Shown here in pieces: positions 27,901 to 41,400 of a stretch of 64,000 nucleotides of DNA. The translations under genes and the position numbers were made by a program. Below the pieces are notes generated by a model, which was given only the letters and a program-made list of their open reading frames with translations, did not search any database and was not told the DNA's origin. Origin of the DNA: Octopus vulgaris (lineage: Eukaryota); the NCBI GenBank assembly GCA_951406725.2, contig OX597814.1:212660001-212724000 (forward strand), written 5' to 3'. How positions within the stretch are numbered: the stretch's first letter is position 1; each line of letters opens with the position of its first letter.

Positions 27901-28849
27901 GAAATAAAAATTGTTTTGTTTTGCGTATTTTGGTTCTTTGTTTCTTTTGCTTCGTTTGTGAGAAGTGTTTACATATGCGTGTATGTGTATCCTGTAAATT
28001 TCACTTTGTTGTGTAAACATTGGGATATATGTGTAGTTCTATGGCTATTAAAATGTATATATGATTGTGTAGACATTCGACTGTATGTGTAATTACTCAA
28101 TTTATGTACTTACTGTTTTCTCCACTTATATTTATAATTTGTAAACTTCGCGATGTTGACCTCGCTTGTGTATTTCACGCGTTTCACTGAGGCATTTTGC
28201 ATAGGAACAATTGTGCTTTGTATAGCACTAAAATTTCATTTTTGTGATTATTTTCTTTAAAAGGCCGCTTCTTTCAAGTCTTCCACAGGTTCCTTTATAC
28301 AATTCCACCGATGCTATTAGATTAGATTTGTTTTTGAATGGAGAGCCAAGTGTAGCACATCCATGAGTTATTCAGTGCGGAGTTACTGCTGCTTATTATT
28401 ATTATTATTATTATTATTTCATTTGGTAGAGAAGGAGATTATGTGGTTGAAAAGGCTGAAAACAGACACTTTCGTCTTTGGCCAAGCCCTCATCAACATT
28501 TTGAAATTTTACTTGGAAAGAAAAGTAAGCGTACACAAGGATTACTGCCTCCCGGCAATTTTGTTAATAGCTGGGTGAATGTAGAGTGAATTGCCCGAAT
28601 GAACGGTCTTAAATAAGCCTGCTTCTCTAGATAGAGGATAGACGAAGTGGTGCCAGCATTTTCCTTTGAGCTCTGGGCGACTGTGTCGTGGTTTTTGTGG
28701 AGTTTCCACGAGGAACCATAGGAAGCCTCCCACCTTTCGTGAATTATTTGTTATAATTTTCTATGGTTATTATTTTTACGCGATTAAATCCCACTCTTTT
28801 TGTGTTCTGTTGTCATGTAGTGTCCATAGTCTTTTATATAAACCGTCAG

Positions 28850-29410
28850 TGGTAAATAAAGAACGGACTGGTCTTGGGATGTCATCCTTGATAATGCAAC
28901 GCTACGCTTTAAGGATGTCTCACTTACAGAAATATCTATATCACTGCGATGGTGTGAACGACAGAGGCGAAAATAAGGGTGAACGTGTGTGCATGTCCTT
29001 CACGTAAAACGTCTTTCCGCAGCTCATCTCATTGATAGCGGTGCAGTCATGGATCGATCATAGACCAAGGTTGGGTGTTTGGCACCCAGAATCCTACAAG
29101 GCGCTCACTGCATTGTACCAGCTGCACACAACCGTTAGTGGGAAACCAACTCACAATGTCTATAGGGACCTAGTTGAGGGTAAGTGCGATGATGCCTTGG
29201 ATTGAAATTAGGCATCGACAGAAACCAATATGAATAGTTTTTCTGGAGGAGCGTCGTGTCAGCGATCATGGGCAACTTCCAAAGTCTTTGTCATGGCAGT
29301 GCCAGAGGCGAGGGCATTGCTTGTTCGAGGCAAGCTTTTCAGTCATGGAAGAGCCAGCAGCCAAACATGTCAGATATTCGGCAGACATTTTTCATCACAC
29401 GCAGCAAAAT
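28850..29410 (+). mobile_element. L1/Tx1-like ORF2 C-terminal (zf-RVT region) fragment
   Basis: WHPESYKAL, YRDLVEGKCDDAL, NFQ-SLSWQC, ALLVRGKLFSHGRASSQTC. Confidence 0.6.
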
Positions 29411-29427
29411 AAACTGAGTTTTCATAT

Positions 29428-29428
29428 A

Positions 29429-29521
<93 letters not shown>

Positions 29522-29952
29522 AAGAAGAAGAAGGAGGAGGAGAAGAAGAAGAAGAAGAAGAAGAAGAAGAAGAAGAAGAAGAAGAAGAAGAAGGAGAAGA
29601 AGAAGAAGAAGAAGAAAGAAGGAGAAGAAGAAGAAGGAGAAGAAGAAGAAGAAGAAGAAGAAGAAGAAGAAGAAGAAGAAGAAGAAGAAGAAGAAGAAGA
29701 AGAAGAAGAAGAAGAAGAAGAAGAAGAAGAGGGAGAAGGAGGAGGAGAAGAAGAAGAAGAAGAAGAAGAAGAAGAAGAAGAAGAAGGAGAAGAAGAAGGA
29801 GAAGAAGAAGAAGAAGAAGAAGGAGAAGAAGGAGAAGAAGAAGAAGGAGAAGAAGAAGAAGAAGAAGAAGGAGAAGAAGAAGAAGAAGAAGAAGAAGAAG
29901 AAGAAGAAGAAGAAGAAGAAGAAGAAGAAGAAGAAGAAGCAAAAGAAGAAGA
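29428..29952. repeat. (AAT)n followed by an about 460-bp (GAA/GGA)n purine tract
   Basis: Directly visible; + strand almost entirely purine from 29493 to 29952. Confidence 0.98.
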
Positions 29953-30319
29953 ATGTTTAAGAGAGAACACGGGGAAGTTTAACATGTAAGAGCGATAAAA
30001 CTGATTCGAAATCTATCAAAAAACATCGAGAATAAAGTGAACAAAAGGAGCCTAAAATAAATGACAAAGTGTGGAACTATATCCACGTAAGTAATACTCA
30101 TTAACATTTATTTCTGCTTTCTGAAACGATGTATTTTAAGAGTGTGCTCCCTCCGTCACTCGCACGTCCCGTGTAAACACACTCGCCATACTGACAAAGC
30201 ATGTACTACACCCGAGTAAGTAAAACTCATTAAAAATGCTGGACTATATCCGTGTACGTACATTTTGGAGTATATCCCATTAAGCACACATCACAAACAC
30301 GTAAGTACGTAAACTAATA

Positions 30320-30738
30320 AGGCTGTGTGGTAAGTAGCTTGCTAACCAACCACATGGTTCTAGGTTCAGTCCCACTGCGTGGCATCTTGGACAAGTGTCT
30401 TCTGCTATAGCCTCGAGCCGACCAAGCCTTGTGAGTGGATTTGGTAGACGGAAACTGAAAGAAGCCTGTCGTATATATGTATATATATATATATATATAT
30501 ATTTGTATGTGTGTGTATATGTTTGTGTGTCTGTGTTTGTCCCCCTAGCATTGCTTGACAACCGATGATGGTGTGTTTACGTCTCCGGCACCTAGCGGTT
30601 CGGCAAAAGGGACCGATAGAATAAGTACTGGGCTTACAAAGAATAAGTCCCGGTGGGGGGGGGGATTTGCTCGACTAAAGGCGGTGCTCCAGCATGGCCG
30701 CAGTCAAATGACTGAAACAAGTAAAAGAATAAAAGAGT
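30320..30738 (+). mobile_element. SINE family B (tRNA head, internal TA/TG microsatellite)
   Basis: ggctgtgtggtaagtagc...ggttcagtccc...gactgaaacaagtaaaaga; near-identical to 61961-62358 and 49963-50362. Confidence 0.92.
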
Positions 30739-31178
30739 ACCAGTTTTACATGAACACCTTTTAATATTTCAAAATAATGTTATGCAACGTATAAAAAAGC
30801 ACACACACACATAAGCGAATCGAATAAAAACAAATGACAAAGACTAGTCATTATTGATCGCAAAAGCATTAAACATATATACATTTATATCCACCCCACG
30901 GCATTAAACGGAAAAAATAAGGGTGGATATTAGTTTCTTTGTTTCATTCTTTGTCTCGTTTGTCGACATTTATTTGTTTATAATTATAGAAGCGTCGTTC
31001 TATCGAATTGTCTACGCTAATAGATAAGACCCGGAGCCTAGTACTAACACGAAAGTTTTAATGACAAGTAGCCAAAACCTATTTCGGATCAGAGGAAATA
31101 TTAACAATGACAAATAGTAAAAAAAGGAAAATAATAATATCAGCGATGATGATGATGATGATAATAATAATAATAATG

Positions 31179-31224
<46 letters not shown>

Positions 31225-31237
31225 TAATAATAATAAC

Positions 31238-31293
<56 letters not shown>

Positions 31294-31294
31294 T

Positions 31295-34200
31295 AGTGGT
31301 TGGAATTTCCCCACGTCCTGATTCATGAAACATTTAGTGATGGTGTCAATAAAAACACTGGTAACTGTGCAACCTGATAATCGCTACCTCATATGAGTGA
31401 CGATGAAAAAACAAAATATTCTGAATAACGGTGGTAATCAAATTGAAGCCCTTGATGGTGTCGCACCCGGCAGGCTCAGAGTCGCACCCGGCAGTCTCAG
31501 AGATACTTGTCCTGCTCCAGCCTGTCATTATCCAGTAATGCACCAGCACACACGGCGTAGATGGAACAAACGAGTCAATGCTGTGGTCATGGAGTGTTAC
31601 AACCTGAGAAACCCCGCAGATGAAAATGGTGTTAATATTAGGGGATACCGGCAACGTACGTATGATCGATAGAGAAAAAGAGGATTGTTTCAGCTCATGG
31701 GACAGAGATTATGAGATCAAGCTACAGCAATAATATATAATCGTTGGTTCACCGAAGTAGAGTTCGAAGCTATCAATAGACGGAAAATTACTTCTACCAA
31801 AAATGGACACAGACCGTATGTACCAAGAAAAACAGGAGAAAGACGACAGTGTGGATGCGAACACAGCATTAGAGCAGAGGAAAACAATATAGAATGGCAT
31901 GTAAAAAATACCACAGAACCGCTATAATTAGAAGTAAGTATTGGAAAACAGCAGCAGTCGAAACGATGAAAATACAATTCCTACTGAGAAACGTAATCTC
32001 ATAGCAGAAAACAGAGGTGAAATCTCTGATAAACCACAGGAAAGAAACAGTGAGAGCTTGCTCGATGAGAGACATATAGACAGTTTGGAAGAAGATGATA
32101 AAACTAACTAACTGTTACATGGCAGATGGGCAAAAGGCAATCTACGACAGAATAAAGGCAAGACTATAGGAGAACGATAGCACTATTATTTGCAGCCTTA
32201 AAACTGTTGACCAGTAGAAATTAAACCAAGAAACGAAAATGTGGATGAAATTCTGAAAAACATCAGTACAAGAAACATCACAAAAACAAATAATTTGATC
32301 AAGTGAGCAAGTATTGTTGTAGCAGAAAATGTGCATTTTGTTGTGGAAAAAAATAAATATAATGGGATTGACAAAAGAAACAATCCATGGTGGAAAAGAA
32401 AAATATAGGTGGGGCTAGATATGTTCTCGAAGGACATTTCCGTGTTAGACCAAAAGAAGAAAGAGGGGCTTAAAAGCGATCACAGATACAGAGCACTGAA
32501 CAGGAAGTATGATATTGAAAGGAAGGGCCTGGAAGTGGTAAAGGAGGAACTGAAACAGTGCCTCGTTGCAAAGAAAGAAAATATAGTAAAATACGACCAA
32601 AGAATGAAGGGATACCAGCAGAATAGTTTATTCAGTGAAGGAATTTTACAAAGAAATAAAAGGAGAGTGTACAGATAAAAAGTTGATACCGGACACCATT
32701 GAAAGACAAAGATTTCGGAGTGACATCTGGAGCACAAGATGTGCTGCAGATGATCACTGGAAATTGTACCAAGAAACGAAAACTGTGAATGAAATTCTGA
32801 AATATATCGTAACAATAAACATCACAGAAACAAATAATTTGATCAAGGCAGCAAGTATTGTTGTAGCGAGCATAAGAAGGATGCTGAATGGTTCGCAAGA
32901 ACTGAAACAGACAGTAATCTGTCCAAAATAGGCTGAACTACTCATTTTAGTTAGGGAAGTGGAGGAAATCAGCAAAAAATGGGAACTAGAAGTCCCCGCA
33001 ACCAGATGGAGTTCAAGGTGACTGGATCAAAAGATTTGGTGAATATCATGCGAGAATAGCTGCACCACTCAACACCTTTTTAAATGCCGACCACGTATCA
33101 CCAGTGTAGTAGACAATGGGTAGGACAGTGCTGTGCTTGAAACAACATCGAAAAAGGCAATACGGTAGACAATTACATGCCGATATCCTGCTTGCCACTT
33201 TTGTGGAAATTATTGACTTGAATAGTTGCAGAGTAAATGTAGGGACATCTGGGAAAAAATAGAGTCTTGCCACATGAGCAGAAGGGTTGCAAGTGTAAGT
33301 TCAGAAGTACCAAGGATCAGCTCCTGGTAGATAAAACTGCATTCAGAAACTGCAAGAGGAGGAAAATTAACTTAGCCATGTCATGGATCGATTATCGTAA
33401 GGTGTACGATATGATCCCACATTCTTGGATTATGGTATGTATGAACCTCTTTGGTATCGCATCAAATGCTGGGTGATTGCTTGGAAAAAGTATGGTGAAG
33501 TGGAGGACGGAACTGACTGCATACGGAAGAAGTTTAGGGACTATAGACATCAGGAGAGGCATCATCCAAGAGGACTGCTTGTCCCCACTGATCTTTGTAC
33601 GGTGATTGATACCACTAACACTGATTCTGAGGAAATCAAAGGCTGGGTATTTATTCAAGAGCTGCCAGCAAAAGTCAATAATCTCAAAATTCATGGTAAA
33701 GATGAATCCCAAGTAATTTCCCTCGTTGATACGGTGTATAATTTCAGTGTTGATATCAGATTGGAGTTCGGACCGAGAACATGTGGTGTGTTTGTCTTGA
33801 AGAGAGGCAAAATCAAATGTATGGACGGGCTAACGATACCGTCGTGTGAAGTGGTGAAGCAGATAGAAGAGATGGGCAACAAGTACTTGAATATATTGGA
33901 AACGGATAAACTGGTGGACAATGAAATGACAGAAATATTTAATGTGAAGTACTTGCGAATACTGACACTGATCCATAAGTCAAAATTATACGGACGGAGT
34001 AAGACTGCAACTATTGTCACCTGGGCGGTTTCATTCCTTAGATATCGAGCAGTGGTAATCGTATGGAGAGTAGACGAACTAAACACCTTAGGCAGAAAGA
34101 GAAGGAAGTTGCTAAATAGATATGGGATGCTCTACCAAACAAGGACACAGACAGTATGTACCAAGAAAAAGAGGAGAAAGAAGACAGAGTGGATGCGAAC

Positions 34201-35172
34201 ACAGCATTAGAGCAGAGGAAAACAACATAGCATGGCATGTAAAAAAATACCACAGAACCGCTATTATTAGAAGTTAGAAGGTCAGGCTTGTGTAGGATGA
34301 AATGTTGAAAAGATAAAGCACTGTACAAGCACTTGACAATGAATGAAACTGAAAATAGGTGGATAAAGAAAAGAATGCATGGACAATTTCATAGGGATTC
34401 TGGAGATAAGACAGAGAAAAAAAGATGGATATGGATGACTAAATGTGATTTAAAACCGGAAACGGAGGCACTAAACTGCGTTTGCCAAGAGCAAGCATTA
34501 AGAACCAATTACATCAAACAAAGAATAGACAACACATTAGAAAGTGAAAAGTGCAGAATTTGTGGACAAAATGGTGAAACCGTATGGCATATTACCAGCC
34601 AATGTACGCCACTATCCCAGAAAGAATATAAGAGACGTGAGGACAACAAAACAAGGATTGTCCATTGGAGGCTTAACAACAAGTATGAACTTGACAGAGC
34701 AAAAAAAATGGTATGAACATAAAACCGAAGGAATCATAAAAATTGATAATGCAAAGATCCTATGGGATTTTATGATTCAGTGCAACCATGAGACACAGAA
34801 CAGGAAGCCAGACATAGTGTTAATCGAGAAAGAAAGCAAACGATGCTGGATCATAGATATAGCATGCCCAGCTAATAACAAGGTATGCGTTAAAGAAGAA
34901 AGAAAAGTCGATATGACAGGTTAACATGTGAGGTTGAGCAATTGTGTTCGCTGAGAATGGCGGTACTAATACCAATAATTGTCAGAGCCCTGGGACAGTG
35001 AGTAAAAATTTTGAGAAATTCATGGAACAAATAGTGGTCACTTGCAGAAAGCAGCACTGCTTGGAACAGCTCGAATATTCCGGATGGTGCTCGAAAAGTA
35101 AGGAGTGTTACCTTAGTTCACTGGTAGTGAACATCTGGCAGGGTACATCTCCAGTGTTAGAAGCTGTGCAAC
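31295..35172 (+). mobile_element. R4/Dong non-LTR retrotransposon, near full length, disabled, flanked by (TAA)n arrays
   Basis: RRRWNK..VMECY..GYRQR N-terminus; [42 protein letters not shown]; CRICG..ETVWHITSQC; KPDIVLI..CWIIDIACP; (TAA)n at 31130-31290 and 35173-35350. Confidence 0.93.
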
Positions 35173-35173
35173 G

Positions 35174-35336
<163 letters not shown>

Positions 35337-35351
35337 TAACCATAATAATAA

Positions 35352-37440
35352 GCAAACGAAGTAGAAGTAATAGGAAAAGCTATATCACAAGAATATATCA
35401 CAAGATAACCAACAAGGCATAGAGAGGAAGCTGTGCCAATATATTAAAGAAGACCAGAATCAAGCCCCCACCCCAAATTGAGGTACAATGATCGAAACTA
35501 ACAAGATTATTTAAACTGCATGGATGGTTGCTGCAGATAGTGTTGGTTACAAAGGAAAGCAAACAGAACGTCAAGAACCATACTGGCGTAGATGAATTTT
35601 TGAGAAACACATTTAAAAAGATATTTAGGACAAGTCGGTAGATTGAGAAGAGAGGAATTTAAAAAAGGAAACCTTAAGAATAATGCTGGAAAGAACATAT
35701 AAAATAAGAGATAAAGGTTATGATGTGTTATTGGAAGAATTGAAACAAAGGTTAGTCACAACAAAGCAAAACTGGAAAAATATGATAGGAGAAAAATCAG
35801 TTCAGGCATAACAGATTGTTTGAAGCAAATCAGAAGATACTGATTCAGGAACTAGATGGCAAATACACGTAACAATGATTCCAGATGCAGCGGAAACCTA
35901 GGCATTCTGGAGAGGGATCTGGGACCAGCCTGTAGAGCATAATGAGGAAGCGGAGTGGCTCCATGATATCCAAGATACGTTAAGAAATATAGAAGTCCAA
36001 GAAGACAAGGATAACTACAGGAAAAAAAAAAGCAGTTAAGAAAATTCCTAAACATAAAGAGCCCAAGGGTATTGGATGTAGAAGCTGACAGGGTTCCATG
36101 AAAGGATTGCACAACCGCTATCTGAGGGCTTGCAGGAAATAACAGTCCCCAGCTGGATTACGAAGAAAAAGACATTGTTATGTGCCAAGGAGCCTGAAAA
36201 AGGGAAATGCTGCATCCAACTTGAGACGAATAACATTATATGCCTTCCGCTAATGTTGAAACTAATATCAGGTGCTTTGGCCGTTATACAGATACTTGGC
36301 AAAAAGTGGGCTGCTACACATTGAACAGAAAAAGGAGACGAAAAGAGAACTGGGGAACAAAGGATCAGCTTATGATTGATAATCTTATTATCAGGTACTG
36401 CAAGAGAAGGCATAAAATTCTGAGTATGGCATGCGTTGATTATATAACACTCCTGGATAAGAACAATGGAAATGTATGGAGTAGCAAATAATATGAGAAC
36501 CTTATACGGAATAGTATGAGATGCTGGAGAACTGAATTGACAGCAGGGAAGCATGTACTAGAAGGAATCTTCCAGGGGAACAGTGTGTCACCACTGATAT
36601 TCGTGCTGGAAATGATCCCTTTGAGTGAAATACTACAGAAAACAAAGTTGGGGTATGATCTGGGAAGAGGTAAAGGAAAACTAAATCACATGCAATTCAT
36701 TGATGACCTGAAGCTATTCACAAAAACTGAAGCATAACTGGACAGCCTAGTCCACTGTGTGGATTTTCTTCAATGATATTAAGATAGAGTTTGGCCTCAC
36801 AGAATGTGCTATGATGGTGATGAGACAAAGAAAGCTTGCCAGGACAGAAGGCATATGGTTGCCAAGTGGTGAAATGATGAAGGCAATTCGATCTCAATCC
36901 AGCAATAAATACAAGGGAATACTTGAGGCAGGTGGAATCAAACACCACGACATGAAGGAAAAGACAAAATGACAGTACCTGCAGCGACTCAAAAAAATAT
37001 TGGCTTCAAAGCTGAATGCCAGAAACATAATTTCGGCAGTAGTTTTGTATGGCGCTGGAATCCTGAAGTGGACAGAGGAGGAGCTAAGGAGTTGGACAGG
37101 AAATCGAGAAAGCTCCTAACAATGCAGAAAGCTCATCATCCACGTGCAGACACCGATCGCCATATGTATGAAGAGAGGAAATGTAGAAAGGGTACTGATA
37201 AGCGTGGAAGACTGCGTGTGTATTGAACTCGAGAGCTACCTAGCCCAAAGTAAGTAAACCTTGCTAGTGACATTTAGGAACGAGGGAGTATTGAGAGCAG
37301 AAAAAAGAAAAAAACTAAGGAAGCAGTACAAAAAGGACATGAAAGAATTACGCAAGAAAAGACTATGCAATCAATTCCATGTGGCTGGAAAAATAGGTGG
37401 TATTGGTTGATGAATGAAACCCTGAAAAAGAGACTATATT
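35352..37440 (+). mobile_element. Second R4/Dong element in tandem, truncated and disabled
   Basis: GTKDQLMID, GIFQGNSVSPLIF, HMQFIDDLKLF, EFGLTEC, ELDRKSRKLLT..HHPRADTDR. Confidence 0.9.
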
Positions 37441-37441
37441 T

Positions 37442-37690
37442 AATAATAATCCTTGCTACTAAAGTATTTCACTGATTCTTATTTTATCGACCACGAATGA
37501 TGAAAGGCAAATTCGATCTCGAGGGAATTTGAACTATTTACCTTCTAAGTTCAAATTTCGCCGATGTCGACATTGACTTTCATCTATTCGGGTTCGATAA
37601 ATTAAGTACCAGTGAAACAATGGTGTCTATGTAATCGACTATCCACATCACGAAAATTTCAGGCCTTGTGCCTATAGCAGAAAGGATTGT
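37442..37690. mobile_element. Two SINE family A fragments in opposite orientations
   Basis: 37442-37535 minus (gatgaaaggcaaattcgatc..gaatttgaact); 37540-37690 plus (agttcaaatttcgccgatgtcgac..). Confidence 0.75.
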
Positions 37691-38782
37691 TAATGTTGTT
37701 GTTCTTGTTGTTGTTGTTACTATTATTATTGACGCTATTTGCATTGCTACGGGTTATTTTGATATTTCCCCTTTTTATATCCGATATAATGCTCTCTAGG
37801 TGTCAAAGTTCAACCCCACTTCCTAGTAGTGACTCAGGAACACGGATCAAGTAAACCATAAACAATTGGCGTGAAATTGTTTCGTTAAGTTTGAAATGGA
37901 AATTCTTATCCTACTCTTATTGAACATCTGGTGATATATACTAGATGAGAGAACAATTTTTCCTTAAAGAAGCAAAACGCTTTTAAGAAAATTTCTTTAT
38001 ATTAGCTGTCCAAGAGGAGTCGAATCATATTACATCATCATTGCGTAAGTTCAGCCTGTTTTTCGATTTGTAGCAACTAAATGTTCATGCTCTCCTAGTA
38101 CATTCAAAATTATCGGTAATGTTATTTCTTCTCATATTATTGCTAATTGTGTTTTGACCGCTACTGTTATGAAGTTTATTCGTATGAGTAACATTAGTGT
38201 AATGATTATTAAATTTATTACTACATTGTTAATCTTCAATACAGTTTTATCATTATTACGAATATCAATTACAGAACTATTACTGCCAGTATAGATATCA
38301 GTACAATTCCTACCCTTTGTTTTCCGTTTCATCAAGAGCTTCATTATGTACGTATTATTACTATTATGATGATCATTATCCTTATTAATACTAGTATTGT
38401 CAGTAAATGCAATTTGCTCAAATTGCTATTACGGTAAGCTGCCTAATATGTATTATTTTCATTCTTATTTCGTTCTATTCACAAATTCTTGGATTTTTAC
38501 TGTTATTGTTAGTACTCTACGTAATTGTATTTCTGTGTTGTTTTACTTGTACTATCGTTTATTGTATGATCTCTCAATTTACCAGTTGTGGGGAGATAGC
38601 TAATGCTTTGTATGTAATTGGCTTTTATTAAGACTTCGTTATACGAATACATCAAAAAAATTCTACCGAAACAACAGTAGTAAATTTTAAACACTATGTG
38701 AGTCATTTTAATACTTACGCCAAACGCGGAACCCTGAATCGAATCTACTGCTTATATTGGATTTAGTAGTTACATATTTACA

Positions 38783-39102
38783 TAGGCACGTTACTTAGTG
38801 TCTAGGGTATTCGGCTCTGAAATAGGGTCGTCAGTTCAGTTCCCGGCGACGCGTTGTGTCCTTGAGCCAAACACTTTACTACACGTTGCTCTAGTCCCCT
38901 CAGCTGGCAAAAATGAGCTGTGCCTGTATTTCAAAGGACCGGCCTTGTCAGACTCTGTGTCGCGCTGAATCTATCTGAGAACTACATTAAGGATACACGT
39001 GTTTGTGGAGTACTCTACCACATGCGTGTTAATTTCATGAGCGGGCTGCTCCGTTGATCGGATCAACTGGAAACCTCTCCATCATAACCGGCGGAATACC
39101 AG
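38783..39102 (+). mobile_element. SINE family C (tRNA head plus conserved central domain)
   Basis: cttagtg..agggtattcgg..cagttcagttcccgg..gttgtgtccttgagc..ctcagctggcaaaaatgag; partial reverse copy at 52990-53088. Confidence 0.8.
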
Positions 39103-39126
39103 TTTTATATTTACATATCTACGGTA

Positions 39127-39168
<42 letters not shown>

Positions 39169-39499
39169 ATGATACCTCTTTGTTGTTTTACCTCACTGTG
39201 AACTAAATGTTTTGCGACAGAGCTAGTCCTGGCGTCTTACTTGTTGATGGGCCCACATTCTAATGAATCATGTAACTAATTCATATTAATTAGTTGCATA
39301 TATATGTGTGTGTATGTGTGTATGTGTAGCATATGCTAAGTTTTCCATCATTTTAGACCTTTTAAATAAGAGTAAAATTTTAAAAAAACAATTCAAGAAA
39401 AATTAAGTGAAATATTTTAGAGATATTTTCATAGTCTTTGAAACATTCAAAACATTTCACTTTTTTTTCTCCAATTTAATTGTTTTTCTTATTTTACTC

Positions 39500-39537
39500 T
39501 TAGTTGAAAAGTCTAAAATGACGGAAATCGGTACTAA
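39500..39537 (+). ncRNA. Hammerhead motif, U3-A8 variant (degraded copy)
   Basis: ttag-TTGAAAA-gtc taaaat gac-g-GAAA-tcgg-TA-ctaa; homologous to 58054-58097. Confidence 0.55.
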
Positions 39538-39599
39538 AATGTACCTCATGATGAAATTATTTTAGCATAACTATCAACACGTGTGTTACTTCTCTACCT

Positions 39600-39663
<64 letters not shown>

Positions 39664-39869
39664 TATCTATATGTTTATTCCACCAGTACAAGCCACCCGC
39701 TAGATAGATGAATGCCCCTCTCCTAACCCCCAAAAATTGCTGAAGCAAATGAAGTAGAGAAAAACAAGGATGTAGACTTTTCTAGTATTGAAAAATATAG
39801 AAAAATAGCAGCAAAGGTAGGTGGTGACGTTAAGCTGTCACCATCCCCACAAGATAAAATAAAATATAT

Positions 39870-40104
39870 GCGCCCTTTTAAAGCCTAGCCAGGCTCATGG
39901 GACCGATTTCCCGGTTTCTATGGCGTATGTGTTCCCCAGCTGGACGGGACGCCAGTCCATCGCAGCGTTACTGATTTTTGCCAGCTGAGTGAACTGGAGC
40001 AACGTGAAATGAAGTGTTTTGCTCAAGAACACAACGCGTCGCCCGGTCCAGAAATCGAAACCACAATCTTACGATCATGATGCTGACACCCTAACCAATA
40101 AGCC
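39870..40104 (-). mobile_element. SINE family D (head and core related to family C, different tail)
   Basis: Reverse complement has ttagggtgtcagc..ggtttcgatttctgg..gttgtgttcttgagc..ctcagctggcaaaaatcag. Confidence 0.8.
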
Positions 40105-40149
40105 CCCCCCCCCCCCAGAAGATAATGGAAGGAATAAACAGGAAGACTG

Positions 40150-41400
40150 TGATATACAAGGTATACTAGATGGAGGAAAGAAAAATTGAACATATAGAGG
40201 CTGAAACTATAGAGAGGGCTTTGTGCTCAGTCTGGCTGGACATTACGTATCTGGCCAGAGGGAATAAATATAAAACGATTATAGTTCACAACAAGACGAA
40301 AAACAAGTCAAAGGAAAACGCGGCAAGAACAATAAAAAATCAAAGTGTCCCTTCTACCCGTTTATTTTGGGAGAAGGGCCTCAAGGATTACAGTGGAATG
40401 TATCCCACAGGAAATTAATGTGGTTTGGTCGTGGTGGTTGTTCTCCTGGGAAGTGAGGAAGAAGTAGCCGTTCTCCAAGCCACAAAGACGGACGGCTCAG
40501 CTTGGAAAGGACAAACAATGGACCCGATTGTACAGGCTCTCATGGAGACACACGAAAATCTAGCAGAGACGGTTTCAGTCGGAGATCTGGTGTTGAAAGT
40601 GAACTCCTCATTGTTTTAAATGTGACCAAAAAGCCACATTAGGGCACACTGCCCTCTGCAAAAGCAGACAATGTAAACGAGGGACAAGAAGCCGATAAAG
40701 AAGCAAGAGGAGGAAAAAGAGAGGAAGAATGGAAAATTACGGAAGGTAAAAGGAAAGAGAAGAAAAAAGAACAGTGTGATATGAAACCCTATACCTCACC
40801 CAACCCACTCATGCCACAGAGACCCCCCCTACCGACACTACCCCCCCCCCCCCAACACAAAAACAAATGCAGTCAGGCACGAGATATTCAACCTCCGAAC
40901 CTCCTGAAAAATGGAGAAAAGGAAACTTTGCGATTATATACGATAATTCTAATAAAAGCCTGAGTGAAGAGATGAAAAAGTTGGAAGGACATTAGAGCGG
41001 TGGCACTCGCAAGTTCGATAACGAGCAAGGGCTGCATTGCTGCCTGTTGTTGGACGAAAACCAGAGGGGAAAATTCTTAAAATTCGAAAGAGGATTCGCA
41101 ATGTGAGAAGAAGAACTGAGCATTCATAAATTACCTAGGAATATGTACTACAAGTATTTACTGAAGGAGTACGGTTTCGATATCTTGGAAGACACCGGGT
41201 AGAAAAATGATTTTAAAAAATCAACAGAGGTAAAAATGAAGTAACTGAGAGATGGGAGCTGAGGAAACTTCATCTCATTTCTCATTTCTTGTCATTCATT
41301 GTAACATACGCTTTTTTTTTTAAGTTGTTATATTTTCCCACGTGTGTTTGTATTGTCCCCTCTTTGTCGGCCCCCTTAATGGGCAATAAAGAAAAAGAAA
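40150..41400 (+). mobile_element. Internally deleted L1/Tx1-like LINE: gag-like ORF1 with CCHC knuckle plus putative 3' end
   Basis: PHCFKCDQKSHIRAHCP at about 40606-40657; 3' end ttgtcccctc...gcccc...gggcaataaagaaaaagaaaa. Confidence 0.65.

Noticed and set aside
29288-29989. 233-aa N/K/E-rich ORF and similar YIYI, poly-L and poly-I ORFs
   Set aside because: Artefacts of stop-free microsatellite frames.
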